This document shows, one piece after another, positions 60,616 through 64,000 of a DNA stretch of 64,000 nucleotides; position 1 is the first letter of the stretch; every line of letters starts with the position of its first letter. The notes under the pieces are model-generated. The model did no database searches. It saw nothing but the letters and a program-made list of their open reading frames with translations, and was not told the DNA's origin. Origin of the DNA: Felis catus (lineage: Eukaryota); NCBI RefSeq assembly GCF_018350175.1, contig NC_058368.1:75704001-75768000 (forward strand). Reading direction: 5' to 3'. The position numbers were made by a program, and so were the translations under genes.

Positions 60616-61978
60616 TCGATCACCAAACTAAGGTGAATTCTTCCATCGCCAATAAAAAATAAAAGTAAATCTTAATTTTATCACCGTCACCACAAGAAAC
60701 TCTTAAAAAGTCACACAGCTCAATTTAAAAAGGGCTCTTTCATTGAGCCTTAGCTTTGCCATTCAAATTACCGCATTGGTGACACATCAATGACCTTTCA
60801 ACACAATTAAGACCCGGGGTCACTATAATGTGAATGATTAACATTTATTGAGTATTTACTGTGTGTCAGCTTCTGCATAAAGGGTTTTATTCAGTGAATT
60901 CTTACAACTTCATGTTTCAAAGATGATAAATATCCCTTGGTAGAAATGTGAAGGAACTCACCCTAAGGCACAGCTGGATGGACCTGCCAGAGTTCTGGAC
61001 GTTGGCAGACTTGGCCAACTTAACCCTCCACTGGAACACTTCTGACCACCCCAGACGCTTGGGTGTAGGCGACATCTCGGCTCCACATTAGTGCCAAAGC
61101 ACAGGCATTAAAGTCCTTTTACTTGCTAGCATCACAGCATGTTGACCTGAGCTTGAAAAGGCTTATTCTGACCCCAGCAGTCCTTCCAGAAGTTGCTTCA
61201 AGAGACCAAAGGGAGTTAGTTAGTAGAGGGAGGCCATGCTAGAACTCTGCATCATCTTTCCTCGGATGATGGAAAACCTGCTGGGCAGAGAGCTCAGGCT
61301 CTGTTCCAGCTCCATCCACCTTGCGGTCACATGAAAGTACAGAACAATCCTAAATGCTACCAGGTTTCATTTATTTGGTTTGCACTTGGAAGTTTATTGT
61401 TTTTCTCCTGAGGAACTTTGCCACCAACACCATGGGCATTCCAGGAGTTAGATGTTCTATCTTGGGTTCAAGCGTGACAATAAGGAAGACAGAATTTAAG
61501 GAGTATCCTGCCTTTGGTCTTCAGAAAGCTAAACCCTGAATTGGTGGAGAGGCTTCAATACATGAAAGACGTGTCTGTGAGTGACAGGTGGAGATTTGAG
61601 CCTCCCATGGAGGCTTGAGAGATCCCCTGGGCTAAACAGGAAAGAGATAGATGGAGTTGAAGAAAACACAGAAGCTCAGTGCTTCAAATAGAAGACCCAT
61701 TCTTTGATAGCAGGTGGAGGTTTGAGCAAAGGGCTGGGGAAGGAGAAGAAAGGCTCAAAAATGGAAAAGAGTTCATAGGAAATACATGTAAAATATGTCT
61801 TAGTCTTCCTGAGAGAGCATCATGGCCTGTTAATGATTGTAAAACAGAGAAATGGCTACAAAACCCTTACCTAGTATCCAAAAGCATCTGCTAATTATAA
61901 GCAAACTGAAAGCAGGAGCAGGTCAACAGTCCAGCATGGAGTCTTTTGTGAAGATCTGGTAACGTGAAGAATTCTTTA

Positions 61979-62197
61979 GGGGTGCCTGGGTGGCTCAGTC
62001 GGTTGAGCGTCCAACTTCAGCTCAGGTCATGATCTCACGGTTCGTGGGTTCGATCCCCGCATCGGGCTCTGTGCTGACAGCTCAGAGCCTGGAGCCTGTT
62101 TCGGATTCTGTGTCTCCGTCTCTCTACCCCTCCCCCACTCACTCTCTGTCTTCCTCTGTCTCAAAAATAAATAAACATTAAAAAAAATTAAAAAAAA
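61979..62197 (+). mobile_element. Can-SINE
   Basis: Full length; TSD AATTCTTTAG. Confidence 0.97.
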
Positions 62198-62530
62198 TTC
62201 TTTAGTAAGTCTTCTTGGGCAAAGACTCAAGACCAAATGGCAGACCTACCTCATGAGTCTGTTTGTATAGGATCTCAACATGCAAACGGAGTTTATTTAA
62301 ATAGAAATGAAGAAGTGCTATTACTCTATTTCTTTAATGCTTTAGCTGTACACATTACATTGTTTCTTATCTGCTACAGCCCATGTACAGTTATCCACTC
62401 TACAAGGCTGTGGGTAGTTGAACAGATGGTGTAAGGTCAGACTGTAAGATCAGAGGGCTGGATTATTTTCCTCTGGAAGCATTGAGTGACGTGTGAGAAA
62501 AGCAGAGAAGAAACAATCAGAGAGAAAAAA

Positions 62531-62558
62531 TATCTATCTATCTATCTATCTATCTATC
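62531..62558. repeat. (TATC)n microsatellite
   Basis: 7 TATC units. Confidence 0.95.
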
Positions 62559-62731
62559 TTCTATCAATCATCTCAGAAAAATATGATCTCAAGAAGACCA
62601 AGAGAATTCAAAAGCTTAGAAAGATCATAACTTGAAGAAGGGGACTTACCCAATAATGTCAAATAAAGGAAACCTTTAAATGGTTTAAGAAGAGACAATG
62701 TTTAAAAGATTAAATATAGTAAAAAACTGGT

Positions 62732-62898
62732 GAGGGAGCTCTGTGGGGCCTCTCTCATGAAAGCGCTAATCCCATTCATGAAGGGTTCCCCCTTGTGACC
62801 TAATTACCTCCAAAGCCCCCACCTCCCAATCTCATCACCTTGGGAGTTAGAATTCTACCATATGGACTTTGGAGGGAACAAACTTTAAATCTATAGCA
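62732..62898 (-). mobile_element. MaLR LTR fragment (MLT1A/MST-like)
   Basis: CTAATCCCATTCATGAAGG...GACCTAATTACCTCCAAAGCCCCCACCTCCCAAT...CATCACCTTGGG...CTATAGCA. Confidence 0.85.
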
Positions 62899-63551
62899 CT
62901 GAGATATCTGAATTAGCACTGTGCTAAATTCGAAAGGTTCTGCAAGCTGTTGCAAACAGGAATATGTGCTCGGGGAATGGTCACAACGAACGTAAGAACA
63001 CACGTCAGAGGGTCTGACTATTAAAACCTGGCAAAATACAATAGTCATTTGAAAGAGAGAGAATCAGTGGGGTTTCAAGTGGAGAAGTGAGAAGGAAGCA
63101 TGAATGAGAACATGGGCACAGAAAGTACTGGACAGAGAATACATTAAGTATGCAAATCCTAGACTTCAAGAAGCAAAAGGGATGGGATTACATGAAGGAT
63201 GAGAAGATGCATCTCTTCTTTGGAACTCTTGAAGAAGTATGCAAAAGGGTGTGGAAAGAAGTTACACAAAAGGAAAAGGTGGTGGGGAATTGGTAAACCA
63301 AACAGCAGCTGTTCTTAAGTTCATGATAAAAAGATGGAAGCAAGAAGGCAGATCAATCTGTGGTGGCAACTAACCATGAGTTCATGTAACAAGAATGCAC
63401 TTAGAACAACATCCATGCGAAATGAGTAAGAACGTGCGTAGGCTTAATGCCCTGCATGTAGCAAAAAAAAAAAAATATATTAACATTTACTAAATAAAAA
63501 ATTAAAATGAAAATGATTGCCAAATACCACTGTTGTTTTTTTTTTGTTTGT

Positions 63552-63553
<2 letters not shown>

Positions 63554-63584
<31 letters not shown>
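63554..63584. repeat. (GT)n microsatellite
   Basis: ~15 GT units. Confidence 0.97.
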
Positions 63585-63587
<3 letters not shown>

Positions 63588-64000
63588 CTGTCCAAAGCTT
63601 CTGTGACTGTGTCTCATTGTTTATGGGAAACTCTTCAGTATCTGCTCAGAGTCAGCTGACTACATGTTGCAAGTTCTTCCTCCACAAAATAGACATAAGA
63701 GTCTACATTTCCCAGGGTTGTTATGGGAGCTCTTTGATGTTTATAATTCCCTCTAGGATACAGAATCTAAAATCTGCTACTCACATATGAAAGAATAATC
63801 TGAAAGACCTACTTAAAGTCCATTTGCCCACAGTAAATGACAGGGATTATGTAACAGGTGGAGAAACTTAAATTCACTTATAAATACTTTTACTTTATAC
63901 ATTTCTATTTCTTAACCATAGAATCTAAGGAACAGACAGATAATATAACCAAATGCTAAGAAGATAAGTCTCCAGAACCAATGAAACTGGCAGGTTGACT

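Noticed and set aside
130..62197. Recurrent ~200-bp repeats as a possible array or CRISPR-like system
   Set aside because: Dispersed, both orientations, with poly(A) tails and TSDs: retroposed SINEs in a mammalian genome

Overview
Mammalian nuclear DNA from a cat-family (felid) genome, judged by about 34 copies of the tRNA-derived carnivore Can-SINE of the SINEC_Fc type. The window looks intronic or intergenic. I recognise no protein-coding exon, RNA gene or prokaryotic feature, and most of the longer supplied ORFs derive from SINEs, L1s or microsatellites or match no protein I know. Besides SINEs it holds decayed L1 fragments, including an old L1 5'UTR-ORF1-ORF2-start segment at ~11960-16215, MaLR (MLT1) LTRs, hAT elements (Charlie1, MER20, MER5A), MIR/L2 relics and microsatellites. 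It also has an internally deleted Tigger/pogo-type DNA transposon (13213-14430) with readable transposase N- and C-terminal remnants. The best leads are that Tigger, a well-formed 8-nt micro-exon candidate on the minus strand (49870-49877), a 121-nt minus-strand exon candidate (4972-5092), a CpG-rich patch with a perfect splice donor (~32850-33660), and six young SINE insertions. I found no convincing new biological system. Repeat family names come from recalled consensus sequences, not a database search, and boundaries of old repeats are approximate.
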